This document shows, in pieces, positions 7,509 to 17,239 of a DNA stretch of 64,000 bases. A program made the position numbers and the translations under genes. Source of the stretch: a virus (lineage: Duplodnaviria > Caudoviricetes); the IMG/VR virus record IMGVR_UViG_3300036546_000248, one strand, 5' to 3'. The stretch's first letter is position 1; every line of letters begins with the position of its first letter. The notes beneath the pieces are model-generated. The model was not told the origin of the DNA and did not search any database. It saw nothing but the letters and a program-made list of their open reading frames with translations.

Positions 7509-10340
7509 ATGAGTCGAAGTCCCGATTCGAACGAGTTGGCGCAACTGGGGTTGTCAACCCAGGAAAAGCGCCACGAACGCGTTAAGGCGTTCCGTCGTAA
7601 CCCCACATCGGCAGCCGTGGTGAACAAACTGGTTCGGGAAAATCAAGGCCTCTATGACCGTGATACTCGGGCTAAAGACCAGTTGAACGTTGGTGGGTAC
7701 CTGCGCCGTACTTCTGACGAAACCGCAGCCAACGTTACTGACTCCAGCAACCTGTATCAACTGTTGCCTGACACCGAACTGGCCGAGCAAATTCTCGTCA
7801 GCTCTATTCTGGCACCAAAAGACATGGTCAATGTGGAGTTGAACTTCAACGTCAACAGTCCAAAAATTCCCTTGGAGATCTCAGGTCCGATGCTTGGCAT
7901 CGTGGAAGAGTTCTTTACCAAGACCTATAAAATACCATCTCTTTTGCCGAAGATTTTGTCGGACGCGTTGTTTAAGCGCGGCAGCTACCCCATGTTGATT
8001 CTGCCAGAGAGTTCGATCGATGAGATCATTAACTCTTCAGGTCAAGTGGGTTTGGAAGACCTGTCTAACAACGACCCTTTCAAACTGTCGGTCGGTATTC
8101 TGGGTAACGCTTTGGATAGCGTGGGTCAAGCCATCCCTCGCCGCAAAACCAACGTATCGATGGAATCGGCTCGCGACATCCTGTCTACTCGGGTGGGTAC
8201 TTACAACCCCTCTGTCAATGCCAAAGGCAAAGATAAAAACCGGGTAGATCTCAAGGTGTTGGTGAGCGACAACCCTGACGTGCTTAAAGCACCCTTCCTG
8301 TACAGCCGTGTCCGTAGTCAAGCGGTGAGTAACCGGTTGGGCCTTTCGATGGAATCTCGTGCTGAACTCAACCGTTCCGACATCGAGGCTAGTTTCTACA
8401 AGCCACGTCAGTATCAATCCCGTGAAGTCGTAGGGTTGAAAACTGCAGCGCAGGTAGGTCGTCCTACGGTCGGTCACCCGTTGGTGATGCGTTTGCCTTC
8501 TGAGAGCATCATTCCGGTCCACGTGCCGGGCTCTCCTGAAGAACACGTAGGCTATTTCGTCCTATTGGATGCCACAGGTAACCCGCTGAACAAAGCCAAC
8601 AAAGCCGACTACTACAACGACTTGGGTCACAACCTTCAAGCTAACCGGGAACTGGCCAGTCAATTGATTGCCCAGTCGACGCGTGCGGTAGAGGGTTGGC
8701 GTGACGGCACCATCGACACCGCCGTCGATGAAGCCACACGAATGTACGCAACGGTCGTTGAGAATGACCTGATCTCTCGCCTGAAGAACGGGTTGTACAA
8801 TGACACCGTAGAGATTGCACGACCGCTGGAAGTGTACCGGATCATGCTGGCGCGCACCTTTGCCAACATGACTACACAGTTGTTGTATGTACCGGTGGAA
8901 CTCGTCAGCTACATTGCTTTCGATTACAACCAGTACGGTGTGGGTCAATCCTTGTTGGAAAACAACAAGATCCTGGCTTCTTTGCGTGTGAGTATGATGC
9001 TCGCCAACACCATGTCGGCCATCGACAACTCGGTGGCGCACACGGGCCTTAACATCACGCTGGACCCTGATGATCCCGATCCCTCTACCACGGTAGAGAA
9101 ATTGGTTCACAACTACGTCAATACGCGACGGGCAAGTTACCCCTTGGGTGCTTCCAGTCCTGTTGACATCATCAACTTCCTTCAAAACGCCGGGGTCGAT
9201 ATTCACGTCAGTGGTAACCCTGCGTATCCGGAAACTCGGATGGAGGTTGAAGACCGGGGTCGGAGCATCGTAGAGCCTAACAACGAGCTGGAAGAGTCGT
9301 TGAAAAAGCGCTACCTGATGTCGTTGGGTCTGTCACCTGAAACTGTGGACAATAGCTACAACGTGGAGTTCGCGACGTCCATCGTGTCCTCTAACCTGCT
9401 GTTGACCAAACGTGTTGTGTTGTATCAAGACATGTTTACTGAGATGCTGTCGGATTTCTTCCGTAAGTACATCAGTCAGTCGGGTGCCTTGCGAGATGCT
9501 CTACTCAAGTGTATTGCGTCTGCTCAACAAACGGCGGCTGAACAAGAAGCCAAAGAGAAAGAGGGACAAAGTCCTGCTGAAGAGAAAGCTCAAGCTTCCA
9601 ACCAAGGACCTGAACTTCAAACGGATGGTAAAGAGCAGAACGAACAACACCTTGAGTGGTACCGTGAGTTTGTGATGGCTCTGTCTGTGTCCCTACCACG
9701 CCCTGACAACATCACCATCGAGCGTCAGCTGGAAGCATACGACAAGTATGTAGAAGCGCTGGAGAAGGTGGTAGATGCCTACATCAACAGTGAGTTCTTG
9801 GACGGCACTGCGTTGGGTGAACAGGCCGACCAAGTCGATGTTATCAAATCTGCCATTCTTGCGTACTTCAAACGTAAGTGGCTGAACGAGAACAACGTCA
9901 TGCCTGAGTTGCTTGACTTGGTAACCTTCAAAGATGAAAAGCATCCGATGTTGGACCTTCTGGAAGTGCACAACGATCACATCACTGCGATCGGTGCCTC
10001 TATCCAAGGGTACATGGTTAAAGTGGCAGAAGCTCAGACTAAGCGTGATGAACTGAGCCGCGCCATTGAAGCCGACAAAGGCATCAAGTTGGGATCGGGT
10101 GACGAGTACGGTAGCGACAGTTCGTCTGATGACGACAGCGAAAGCTCGGACGATGATTTCGGAGACGATGATGACATGGGCGGAATGGACGACGACATGG
10201 GCGGTGAAGACGAAGAGTTGGATGCTGAACCTGAAGCTGAAGCCGAACCTGAAGAAGAGGAAGCAGAAGAAGAATCTGATGCGGATCTCGAATCAACGGG
10301 CGGTGTTGCAGGGGATGGGGTAATCATTCAACCTGAGTGA
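7509..10340 (+). CDS. Portal protein (phiKZ gp129-like) with acidic C-terminal tail
   Basis: About 943 aa; AGGAG RBS; S-M-E maturation-type sites; synteny with capsid and RNAP genes. Confidence 0.6.
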   Translation: MSRSPDSNELAQLGLSTQEKRHERVKAFRRNPTSAAVVNKLVRENQGLYDRDTRAKDQLNVGGYLRRTSDETAANVTDSSNLYQLLPDTELAEQILVSSILAPKDMVNVELNFNVNSPKIPLEISGPMLGIVEEFFTKTYKIPSLLPKILSDALFKRGSYPMLILPESSIDEIINSSGQVGLEDLSNNDPFKLSVGILGNALDSVGQAIPRRKTNVSMESARDILSTRVGTYNPSVNAKGKDKNRVDLKVLVSDNPDVLKAPFLYSRVRSQAVSNRLGLSMESRAELNRSDIEASFYKPRQYQSREVVGLKTAAQVGRPTVGHPLVMRLPSESIIPVHVPGSPEEHVGYFVLLDATGNPLNKANKADYYNDLGHNLQANRELASQLIAQSTRAVEGWRDGTIDTAVDEATRMYATVVENDLISRLKNGLYNDTVEIARPLEVYRIMLARTFANMTTQLLYVPVELVSYIAFDYNQYGVGQSLLENNKILASLRVSMMLANTMSAIDNSVAHTGLNITLDPDDPDPSTTVEKLVHNYVNTRRASYPLGASSPVDIINFLQNAGVDIHVSGNPAYPETRMEVEDRGRSIVEPNNELEESLKKRYLMSLGLSPETVDNSYNVEFATSIVSSNLLLTKRVVLYQDMFTEMLSDFFRKYISQSGALRDALLKCIASAQQTAAEQEAKEKEGQSPAEEKAQASNQGPELQTDGKEQNEQHLEWYREFVMALSVSLPRPDNITIERQLEAYDKYVEALEKVVDAYINSEFLDGTALGEQADQVDVIKSAILAYFKRKWLNENNVMPELLDLVTFKDEKHPMLDLLEVHNDHITAIGASIQGYMVKVAEAQTKRDELSRAIEADKGIKLGSGDEYGSDSSSDDDSESSDDDFGDDDDMGGMDDDMGGEDEELDAEPEAEAEPEEEEAEEESDADLESTGGVAGDGVIIQPE

Positions 10341-10347
10341 TCCAAGG

Positions 10348-10418
10348 CAAAAAAAAAACAGGAGGGGAAACCCTCCTGTTATGCCGCATAATAAGTCAGG
10401 GAGCCGAAGCCCCCTGAC
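10348..10418. terminator. Back-to-back terminators between convergent genes
   Basis: CAGGAGGG-gaaa-CCCTCCTG and TCAGGG...CCCTGA hairpins separated by TTATGCCGCATAA. Confidence 0.7.
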
Positions 10419-10427
10419 CTACCATAC

Positions 10428-12704
10428 TTACAGAGCAGTTACACGACGTACCAGCATCGAACCTGGAACCAGCCAGCCACGATGGACTTCCAGTACGTTA
10501 CCCACACTGTCCACGAAGTAGTGGTGTTTAACCCGCTTCTTCTGATCGCCGTGGTGACGACCAAAGGAGGCACGAATGGCACCCAAGAGGGCTTCATCCA
10601 TTTCCTTCGTGATTTGCAGTGCTTCATCGTCGCGGAACTCCGGACCGAACACACCCGGCAGGTGCACCACTACATTCTTCTCAACCAGCGACAGCACTGA
10701 CTGATACTGACGACGCTGCTCTTTTGGAGTTTTGTCGATCAGCTCATACAGGTATGCCGACTGGTCATCACCGGTCAGTACTTCCAGAGCCGGCAATGCG
10801 ATTGCGCTGTAGCGCTCCTTGTTCAGGGTGTGCCACATGGTGTGGTAACCATCCGAACGAATGGCGTCGCCCAAGGCATCCATATCGTAGATGAAGTCAT
10901 CAATGTTCAGCCCTTTGCCATAGCCCAGGTTATAGGCCAGTGCATCATTGACAGCTTCGGTCAGGATGGAGTTCAGTTTGGACTTCAGCAGCATGTCCAT
11001 GTCGGCATCACGCAGCATTGCAGACAGCTCTACCAACGTTTCACACTGACGCAGCTCAGAGAGCTTAGCCAGATGCGGCTTGGACAGGAACAGCGGTGTC
11101 ACCTTACGGAAGCTGTACTCCACTGGCATGTCTTCTGGCACATCGTGACAGATCATTTCCTTGTGGTAGTTCAGTTCGGCCTCTTCGAAGGTATGGCACG
11201 CCTTCTTGAGATCGAGGAGGAGGATATCCACCGGGGTGGGTTCCTGACCTTCTTCCAGTTTGGATTGAGCTTCTTCGTGCTCTTTGAGTTTCTCGACCGG
11301 CAGGGGTTCATGCGTCAACGCAGACCACGGTACCTCAGCGACCTTGACGTCCTCAGGCAGACGGTAATCAAGGCTCTTACGGATTTCGTGGTTCATGTAT
11401 TGCATGCTAGACCTCAGATCGTCTTCGATTTCGACCAGTTTCTCACGGATAAACATCGACCCGTCAGGATTGATCTTACGGATGTGGAACTTCATGAAGC
11501 GCTCAGGATCGCAGAACAATCCATAAGGCTGCGCCGGATCGTAGCTGACCTTCCAGCCACTGGAGTAAGCGGGACGTACTTCTTCACCCGATTCCAGTAC
11601 CAGTTGATCCCACAGACGATTGGGGTCCGAGGCAATGAAGCCCATCTTGTTGACGAACTGGAGACCCGACAGATCCAGAGGATGGAACTCACCCGGATTT
11701 TCCAGCGACTCGATTACCGTCATCTGCTTCGGTTTGCCGGTAGGCTGTTCCTGAACAGGTGCTTGGGTTTGAGCCGGCGGGTTGTAGGACCCTTGTTGAG
11801 TTTGCGGGACAGCACCCGACCCATAACGCTGCGAAGTTTCAGAACCCCATTCTTCCATGATCGCATCTACTCCCTGTAGTTTGGTCACTTCGACTTGCTG
11901 TTCTTCTTGAGAACTCTGGACTGCCGGGGTGTACGAGTTGCGCTCGTTGCTCCGACTAACCACAGCATCAGCGGTGTTGTTGTGCTGATTCTGTTGGCCC
12001 GCCCAGCTGGGCTGCTGCATTTGATTGCCCCACCCTTGCTGCGGTTGACCCCAACCAGACTGTTGGGTCTGTTGTGGCCAGTTCTGCTGCATCGGTTGTT
12101 GTTGGGTTTGGGCGGCTGCCCACTGACCACGCGGTTGCTGGAACTGCATGGAGTTCTGTCCCCACCCTTGTTGCATCGGTTGTTGCATACCACCCCAACC
12201 ACCCTGCATCTGCTGACGCATTTGGCCGATGCGCTGGGAGATTTGCTGATAGGTCGCAAGCAACGCTTGGATTTCTTGCTGCTGCTGAGGCGGCATGCCG
12301 TTCATCAGTGCAGGAAACTTCTGCGTGTAGATCGCAGCCAAACAGCTAGCCACTTGGTTGGCAGCTTGGACGATAGCCGCTTCGGGGTTGTTGCCTACTT
12401 GGCCGGAGCTAAGGAGAACAAACGCAAAGTCCGACACCGCCATGAAAGCGCTTTCGAACTCTGGGTTGACCCAGCGGTTCTGCGACAGCATGTTCGCAGT
12501 GAAGCAGCGCAGCGGGTTGCGGCCCGCGTTATCTTGAACCACCTTGATCAGATACCCAGCCACCATCGGGTTGAACTGTTGCATTTGGGGCAGGGAATTG
12601 AAGTTGAAGGAGACCGGGATGTTCGGAGCACTCGGGTAGAAGTTCTCCTGCATCGGACGGTCGATAGGTACAGGAAGCGAACCGTACATGGGTTGTTGGT
12701 ACAT
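10428..12704 (-). CDS. Conserved jumbo-phage hypothetical protein with Q/G/W-rich low-complexity region
   Basis: 758-aa ORF; residues about 135-330 dominated by Q with repeated GWGQ/QW units. Confidence 0.75.
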   Translation of the reverse strand: MYQQPMYGSLPVPIDRPMQENFYPSAPNIPVSFNFNSLPQMQQFNPMVAGYLIKVVQDNAGRNPLRCFTANMLSQNRWVNPEFESAFMAVSDFAFVLLSSGQVGNNPEAAIVQAANQVASCLAAIYTQKFPALMNGMPPQQQQEIQALLATYQQISQRIGQMRQQMQGGWGGMQQPMQQGWGQNSMQFQQPRGQWAAAQTQQQPMQQNWPQQTQQSGWGQPQQGWGNQMQQPSWAGQQNQHNNTADAVVSRSNERNSYTPAVQSSQEEQQVEVTKLQGVDAIMEEWGSETSQRYGSGAVPQTQQGSYNPPAQTQAPVQEQPTGKPKQMTVIESLENPGEFHPLDLSGLQFVNKMGFIASDPNRLWDQLVLESGEEVRPAYSSGWKVSYDPAQPYGLFCDPERFMKFHIRKINPDGSMFIREKLVEIEDDLRSSMQYMNHEIRKSLDYRLPEDVKVAEVPWSALTHEPLPVEKLKEHEEAQSKLEEGQEPTPVDILLLDLKKACHTFEEAELNYHKEMICHDVPEDMPVEYSFRKVTPLFLSKPHLAKLSELRQCETLVELSAMLRDADMDMLLKSKLNSILTEAVNDALAYNLGYGKGLNIDDFIYDMDALGDAIRSDGYHTMWHTLNKERYSAIALPALEVLTGDDQSAYLYELIDKTPKEQRRQYQSVLSLVEKNVVVHLPGVFGPEFRDDEALQITKEMDEALLGAIRASFGRHHGDQKKRVKHHYFVDSVGNVLEVHRGWLVPGSMLVRRVTAL

Positions 12705-12768
12705 AACAGTTATCCTTAAGCGCTAGGCTTATCAGTTTAGTGCGAGAAAGGGGTTGACCCTAAGGCCG

Positions 12769-14436
12769 TTAGTGCGTGTGTTGAATCTTTTTCTGTACGC
12801 TGTTTAGCAGTTTGACAAACCGCTGGTTACGCTTGACGCGACGCCCTTCTTCCAGTTGCAGGTACGGGTTGGTCCGTGTGCGACCGTCAGGGCTGGTCTT
12901 GGGTAGGTTGTTGTAACTTCCTACCTCAGCGATAGATGCGTGCAGATACTTCGATGGATCGGTCAGGGTCGTCTTCTTGTTTCCACGACCACCGCCAGTG
13001 GCACTGGTTTGCGGTACCAGGATCGAGGTGATCTTGAAGTACATGTTGTCGCCGGGACTTGAGATCCCCGCCACTTCACCGTGACCACGGTTCATCTTAG
13101 CAATTTCCTCTTGACCAATCTTGGTCTTGAGAGCGCCAATGATCTCCTCTTTAACCTTGGCTTTCTTGATGATTTTCTGGAGGGTGAACTTAAAGTGAGA
13201 GATGGCCTTATTGATATCGAACAGTGCATAACGCAGAACCATCAGTTCCTTGTCATACATCGTTGACTCAACGTTATCCGGTCGAATGACCATCTCAGCC
13301 AACATTTCGATCGCGCTGTTGAACAACATGTAGATGTCATCCGCCACCACACCAACGCTGGCCAGATCCATACGAGAGCGTTCGTCCATGTACTCATCCA
13401 ACGATTCAATGTGAGTATCCACATCGTCAGAGAGCTTAGCTTCACTTTGACCTGACCCGAAGATCAAGTATCCCATCAGGACTCGCCACAAGCGCGTGTT
13501 GTCCACGAACTCAGGTTCAATCCGGTCAGGGAAATGGTCCACTACATAGAAGAAGGATGCGATCAGTGCCTGCAGACCAATGCTGAGGTAATCCTTGCGC
13601 ACTGCCAGCCGTAGGTTACTTGGGAAGTACACCCGTTTACCATTGGCACCTGGAGCAACCTTCAGTGTTCTGGGTAGATCCTTAACACTCTCGCAGATCA
13701 ACCACTCTGAACGATCCATTCGCTCGTAGTTGATGGTGTCAGGATATCCCACTCGAACATCACAACCCGGCACCAGTTTTTGGAACGCTTCAGTAACACC
13801 GTACTTGCAGAACAAGTAATGACCCAGCGTATGCTTGGCCTTCACAAAGTACTGCCCCTGTCGTTTTGCGCTGTCTTGGTTATAGATCGTCGACCAAGCA
13901 ACGTTTGCTTCCACGCAGTACAGCGCATCCGCAGGCTCAGACTCCATCGACCCGACTTCGTTGTACTTATAGTCCAACCGTTCGAACGTCAACTTTGCCA
14001 CTTGCACTGGGATGAAGATGCTGTCAGAACCATAGCTGATTGCTCGGTCAGCCAATACAGGACTGATCGAAAAAGTACTGCCCCGAATGGAGATCAACCC
14101 GGCTTGACGCACATACGGCAAGTATATGTAACGGTCTGGCAGGTCTTCCCCGTCATAGCGAAACTTATACTTCATCATGAAGAAGTCAGAACGAGCGATG
14201 TCGATCGTGTACCGGTTGTTGCGTTTGCGGGTGATCTCTTGGTATTCCTCTTGGGGCGTGCAGCGCGAGCACCCAACGTATTTCAACTTCTCAGGGAAGC
14301 TCTTTGAAATACTGCGAAAGAGAGAGTCAACATAGAGTTCCACTCCTTTCATTTGTTCGACGGCCAACCCATTCATGATACTTGAGTTGAACTTGGGTGT
14401 TGCGTCAGCAACCAAGCTAAAGAGATTCATATCCAC
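12769..14436 (-). CDS. Non-virion multisubunit RNA polymerase beta-type subunit (phiKZ gp123-like)
   Basis: IYLPYV...GSTFSISPVLAD and C-terminal HASIAEVGS...GRTRTNPY motifs of split phage RNAP beta N-terminal halves; position next to the capsid gene. Confidence 0.75.
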   Translation of the reverse strand: MDMNLFSLVADATPKFNSSIMNGLAVEQMKGVELYVDSLFRSISKSFPEKLKYVGCSRCTPQEEYQEITRKRNNRYTIDIARSDFFMMKYKFRYDGEDLPDRYIYLPYVRQAGLISIRGSTFSISPVLADRAISYGSDSIFIPVQVAKLTFERLDYKYNEVGSMESEPADALYCVEANVAWSTIYNQDSAKRQGQYFVKAKHTLGHYLFCKYGVTEAFQKLVPGCDVRVGYPDTINYERMDRSEWLICESVKDLPRTLKVAPGANGKRVYFPSNLRLAVRKDYLSIGLQALIASFFYVVDHFPDRIEPEFVDNTRLWRVLMGYLIFGSGQSEAKLSDDVDTHIESLDEYMDERSRMDLASVGVVADDIYMLFNSAIEMLAEMVIRPDNVESTMYDKELMVLRYALFDINKAISHFKFTLQKIIKKAKVKEEIIGALKTKIGQEEIAKMNRGHGEVAGISSPGDNMYFKITSILVPQTSATGGGRGNKKTTLTDPSKYLHASIAEVGSYNNLPKTSPDGRTRTNPYLQLEEGRRVKRNQRFVKLLNSVQKKIQHTH

Positions 14437-14456
14437 GTTAGTTTAACCCTGCTGTG

Positions 14457-15635
14457 TTAGCGTAACGCAAGGAATAAAGCAGCACCAGCACCAATTAACC
14501 CAGGAACCCACTTGAAGAACTCAGAGCTGTCTTTACGACTGTAACTGCGTTCCTCGTAATGGTCTTTACGATGAAGTGACTCCATGGAGCGTTGGTGCTC
14601 CAAAGTAGCCACCTCCTCCTTCAGTCGCATCAAGCGAATTGACTGTTCAGATTCTTGGCGCTTCCACTCATTCTCGCGAGTTCTGCGGGCCTCCTCTTCC
14701 TGGAGACGCTCCAGTTCGAAAGCTCGCTTCTGTTCATCAAAGGCTCTATCGTGATTAAGCTTAGCGGCGTTGAACTCAGCAAGGTCACGCTTAAGTTGGA
14801 GTGCACGCTCTTCCAACTCACGACGTTGTTCCTCACTGATGTCACCCAATATCCGAGCTTCCTCAATGGTCTTGAAGAACCCCAAATACTGCTCAGCTTC
14901 CTCGAACGTATAGAGCATAGCGATTGGTGGTGGCACAACACCATTGTCCCCAATCGGTGCAGTTTTGGCGTGGTATACTCCACTTAGCCGACTGCGGTCC
15001 ACAATAGGACTGATCTCGTAAATTTCCTTATTAATGTTGATATACCGTTTACCGTAGATCCCCTCGTTGTCTACGATCTGAATGGCGTAACCAAATGAGC
15101 CTACTGTGTTGATTGTTTCCTCTCGTCCTACAAGGTAGTTTCGAATACCGTCGAGGTTGTGAGGATGACGCGGGACATAGTGCCCCTGCATCGTGGAGAC
15201 CACGATGTCAAGGTTTGTGAGATAAAGGGAGCCACCTCCTGCTTTGAGCTGTTCTTTGGTCACAGCGTAGGTTATAGAAGTTGCCATCTTACCGAAGGCA
15301 CCCTCTTTTACAGAGCCGTGACGTATGGCATCACGCAATGCTCGTGATGTTTCACACTTCGCATTAGATAGACGCTCAATGTCAATTTTTACACTTCTGT
15401 TGTAGGTGAAAGTGAATCTCACCAAGAAGGTATTGGGATACTCGATACGCATGGGTGCGATGGTAATCGGAAGGCCCGACCGACTCACCAGCGTAACTGG
15501 TTCGGACAGGCCGTTGTAAAACTCCTTTTCCATTTTGCAGGGAGTAGTCTCCCCTGAGTTGGGATTGAAGGGTTGGTCTAAGATGTTTGCCAGGGCATTA
15601 ATAGCTTCTGGATGATGAATGTACTGGTGCGTCAT
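14457..15635 (-). CDS. Conserved hypothetical protein with long coiled coil and C-terminal hydrophobic anchor
   Basis: E/R-rich heptad region from about residue 265; ends WVPGLIGAGAALFLALR. Confidence 0.75.
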   Translation of the reverse strand: MTHQYIHHPEAINALANILDQPFNPNSGETTPCKMEKEFYNGLSEPVTLVSRSGLPITIAPMRIEYPNTFLVRFTFTYNRSVKIDIERLSNAKCETSRALRDAIRHGSVKEGAFGKMATSITYAVTKEQLKAGGGSLYLTNLDIVVSTMQGHYVPRHPHNLDGIRNYLVGREETINTVGSFGYAIQIVDNEGIYGKRYININKEIYEISPIVDRSRLSGVYHAKTAPIGDNGVVPPPIAMLYTFEEAEQYLGFFKTIEEARILGDISEEQRRELEERALQLKRDLAEFNAAKLNHDRAFDEQKRAFELERLQEEEARRTRENEWKRQESEQSIRLMRLKEEVATLEHQRSMESLHRKDHYEERSYSRKDSSEFFKWVPGLIGAGAALFLALR

Positions 15636-15671
15636 TGTGCGTAGCCTTTTCTACTGACCACATTCATCTTG

Positions 15672-15700
15672 ATAATATATACCTGTTTTTACTTTCAATC
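15672..15700 (-). promoter_or_regulatory. Early-type promoter variant (TATATTAT plus A-rich upstream element)
   Basis: Plus strand GATAATATATACCTGTTTTT resembles the copies at 17080 and 62208. Confidence 0.5.
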
Positions 15701-15745
15701 CCAAAAAAAAAAATAAGGGACTAGGTCCCTTATTTTTTATGCTGG

Positions 15746-16102
15746 CTACTCAGCCCCGTTAACCGGCTCGTAGCGTACTGCAAGATCTTCGAAGAAAGCA
15801 TTGTCATCTTCGAGTGCTTGTAGCGAGGTCACGCGAGTCATCCGGCGCCGGACGTTAGCGGTGATCAGGAAGAAGTCCGAACGCCCAGCGCCCGAGACCT
15901 GAAAGCCTGCATCACGAATCTCGGTGATCATGCCACTGACGGTGGAGTCTTCGATGCGACTACGGCCGGTAATGGCCGTCAGTTCACCACGCGTGAATTG
16001 AACTTCAACATCATCCAGGCAACCGAACTTCAGGTTCAGTTCCAGACGGTTTTGCAGCAGGGTGATGATGTGTTTGCCCAGATCTTTATTACTCAGTTTC
16101 AT
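15746..16102 (-). CDS. Hypothetical early protein
   Basis: 118-aa ORF in the early cassette. Confidence 0.65.
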   Translation of the reverse strand: MKLSNKDLGKHIITLLQNRLELNLKFGCLDDVEVQFTRGELTAITGRSRIEDSTVSGMITEIRDAGFQVSGAGRSDFFLITANVRRRMTRVTSLQALEDDNAFFEDLAVRYEPVNGAE

Positions 16103-16155
16103 TAGAGGTTCTCTCTGTACAGTTTAAGGTTAAGGATTCTCGACGCTCTTCTTTC

Positions 16156-16368
16156 TTACCGAGCCAGCTGCAAGGTACTATTGCGTAGCATTTGAATCTG
16201 ATTGAGCTTCATCTGTAAGGTTTGAAGCTCCTGATTCAGTTGAGGGACTTTACTTAAATCGAAAGTCTCTGCATGCTCTTTGAGTTTCTCTCTGAACTCC
16301 AACATCAACGCGTATTCGATCTGAGCAAAGCTATCGGCCGCTTGTGTTACAGTGGTTGCTACTGACAT
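16156..16368 (-). CDS. Small coiled-coil hypothetical early protein
   Basis: 70 aa, helical heptads, GGGGA RBS. Confidence 0.6.
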   Translation of the reverse strand: MSVATTVTQAADSFAQIEYALMLEFREKLKEHAETFDLSKVPQLNQELQTLQMKLNQIQMLRNSTLQLAR

Positions 16369-16388
16369 GAGTCTATCCCCATTAAAGT

Positions 16389-16667
16389 TTAAACGGATTT
16401 GGCCACCAGAACAAATTGACGTTCTTTGACCATCTCTTCTACGGTGTCTTCATCGAACATTGCGTTCGACGTATTACGCTTCCAACTGAATTGAGTTTTG
16501 ACGAGGGTGTCAAAGTACTTGTGGCCATCGGCTTCAAAAACACCGCAGACCATCCAAATATCAGCACCGGTAGCAGCACGGGCCAGATACAACTCTTGTG
16601 GCATCTCGTCATCAACACCAACACGAGCGACTTGTTGGAAGACGTACATTGCTTTAATCAGATCCAT
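16389..16667 (-). CDS. Hypothetical early protein
   Basis: AAGGAG RBS before MDLIKAMY at 16667. Confidence 0.65.
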   Translation of the reverse strand: MDLIKAMYVFQQVARVGVDDEMPQELYLARAATGADIWMVCGVFEADGHKYFDTLVKTQFSWKRNTSNAMFDEDTVEEMVKERQFVLVAKSV

Positions 16668-16735
16668 TTTCGTTCTCCTTAGAACTAGATAAGACTGGGA
16701 AGACCTTTTGTCTCCCCAGGGTAACAAACGATGGG

Positions 16736-17020
16736 TTACCGGTACACGTGACAGAGTTCTTGAAACAACTCTTCACTAATACCGAACTCCGCGTTCAGAA
16801 AGATCAACCCTTGGTAGGATTGAACTCGTCCGAACAACACCCCTGCATCGTAACCCAACGACTTGCGGGATTTGAGTCGATCCACTTCCTTGTAGGTCTC
16901 CTCAGGAGTAATGGGCTTATTCGCCGCACTCCAGCCTCGGAAGAACTCCCCGTGTTTCATGGCCAACGATTCGTTGGGACACAGGCTACGGTTGAAGTGG
17001 GTATTGTAAACTGGTACCAT
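16736..17020 (-). CDS. Hypothetical early protein
   Basis: AAGGAG RBS; first gene after the TATATTAC promoter. Confidence 0.6.
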   Translation of the reverse strand: MVPVYNTHFNRSLCPNESLAMKHGEFFRGWSAANKPITPEETYKEVDRLKSRKSLGYDAGVLFGRVQSYQGLIFLNAEFGISEELFQELCHVYR

Positions 17021-17079
17021 AATAGATTCTCCTTAGAATCTTGGGGATGAATACAGTTATTTGTATTCTATTCCCTTGA

Positions 17080-17106
17080 GTAATATAGATCTGAAATTTT
17101 TTTAAC
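17080..17106 (-). promoter_or_regulatory. phiKZ-type early (virion RNAP) promoter TATATTAC with upstream A-tract
   Basis: Minus strand AAAAAAATTTCAGATCTATATTACTCAAG; exact match to the phiKZ early consensus; near-identical copy at 62208. Confidence 0.75.
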
Positions 17107-17239
17107 TAGAAAATAGACGGCATAAAAAGAAAGGAGCCCTCGGGAGGCCGAAGCCCCCCGAGGATTCCAGTGTCCCCACTTAAGGACCCGACTTCAACAA
17201 CCCGAAGATTGTTAAAGCTTTTCAGCCAGCTGCAATAAC

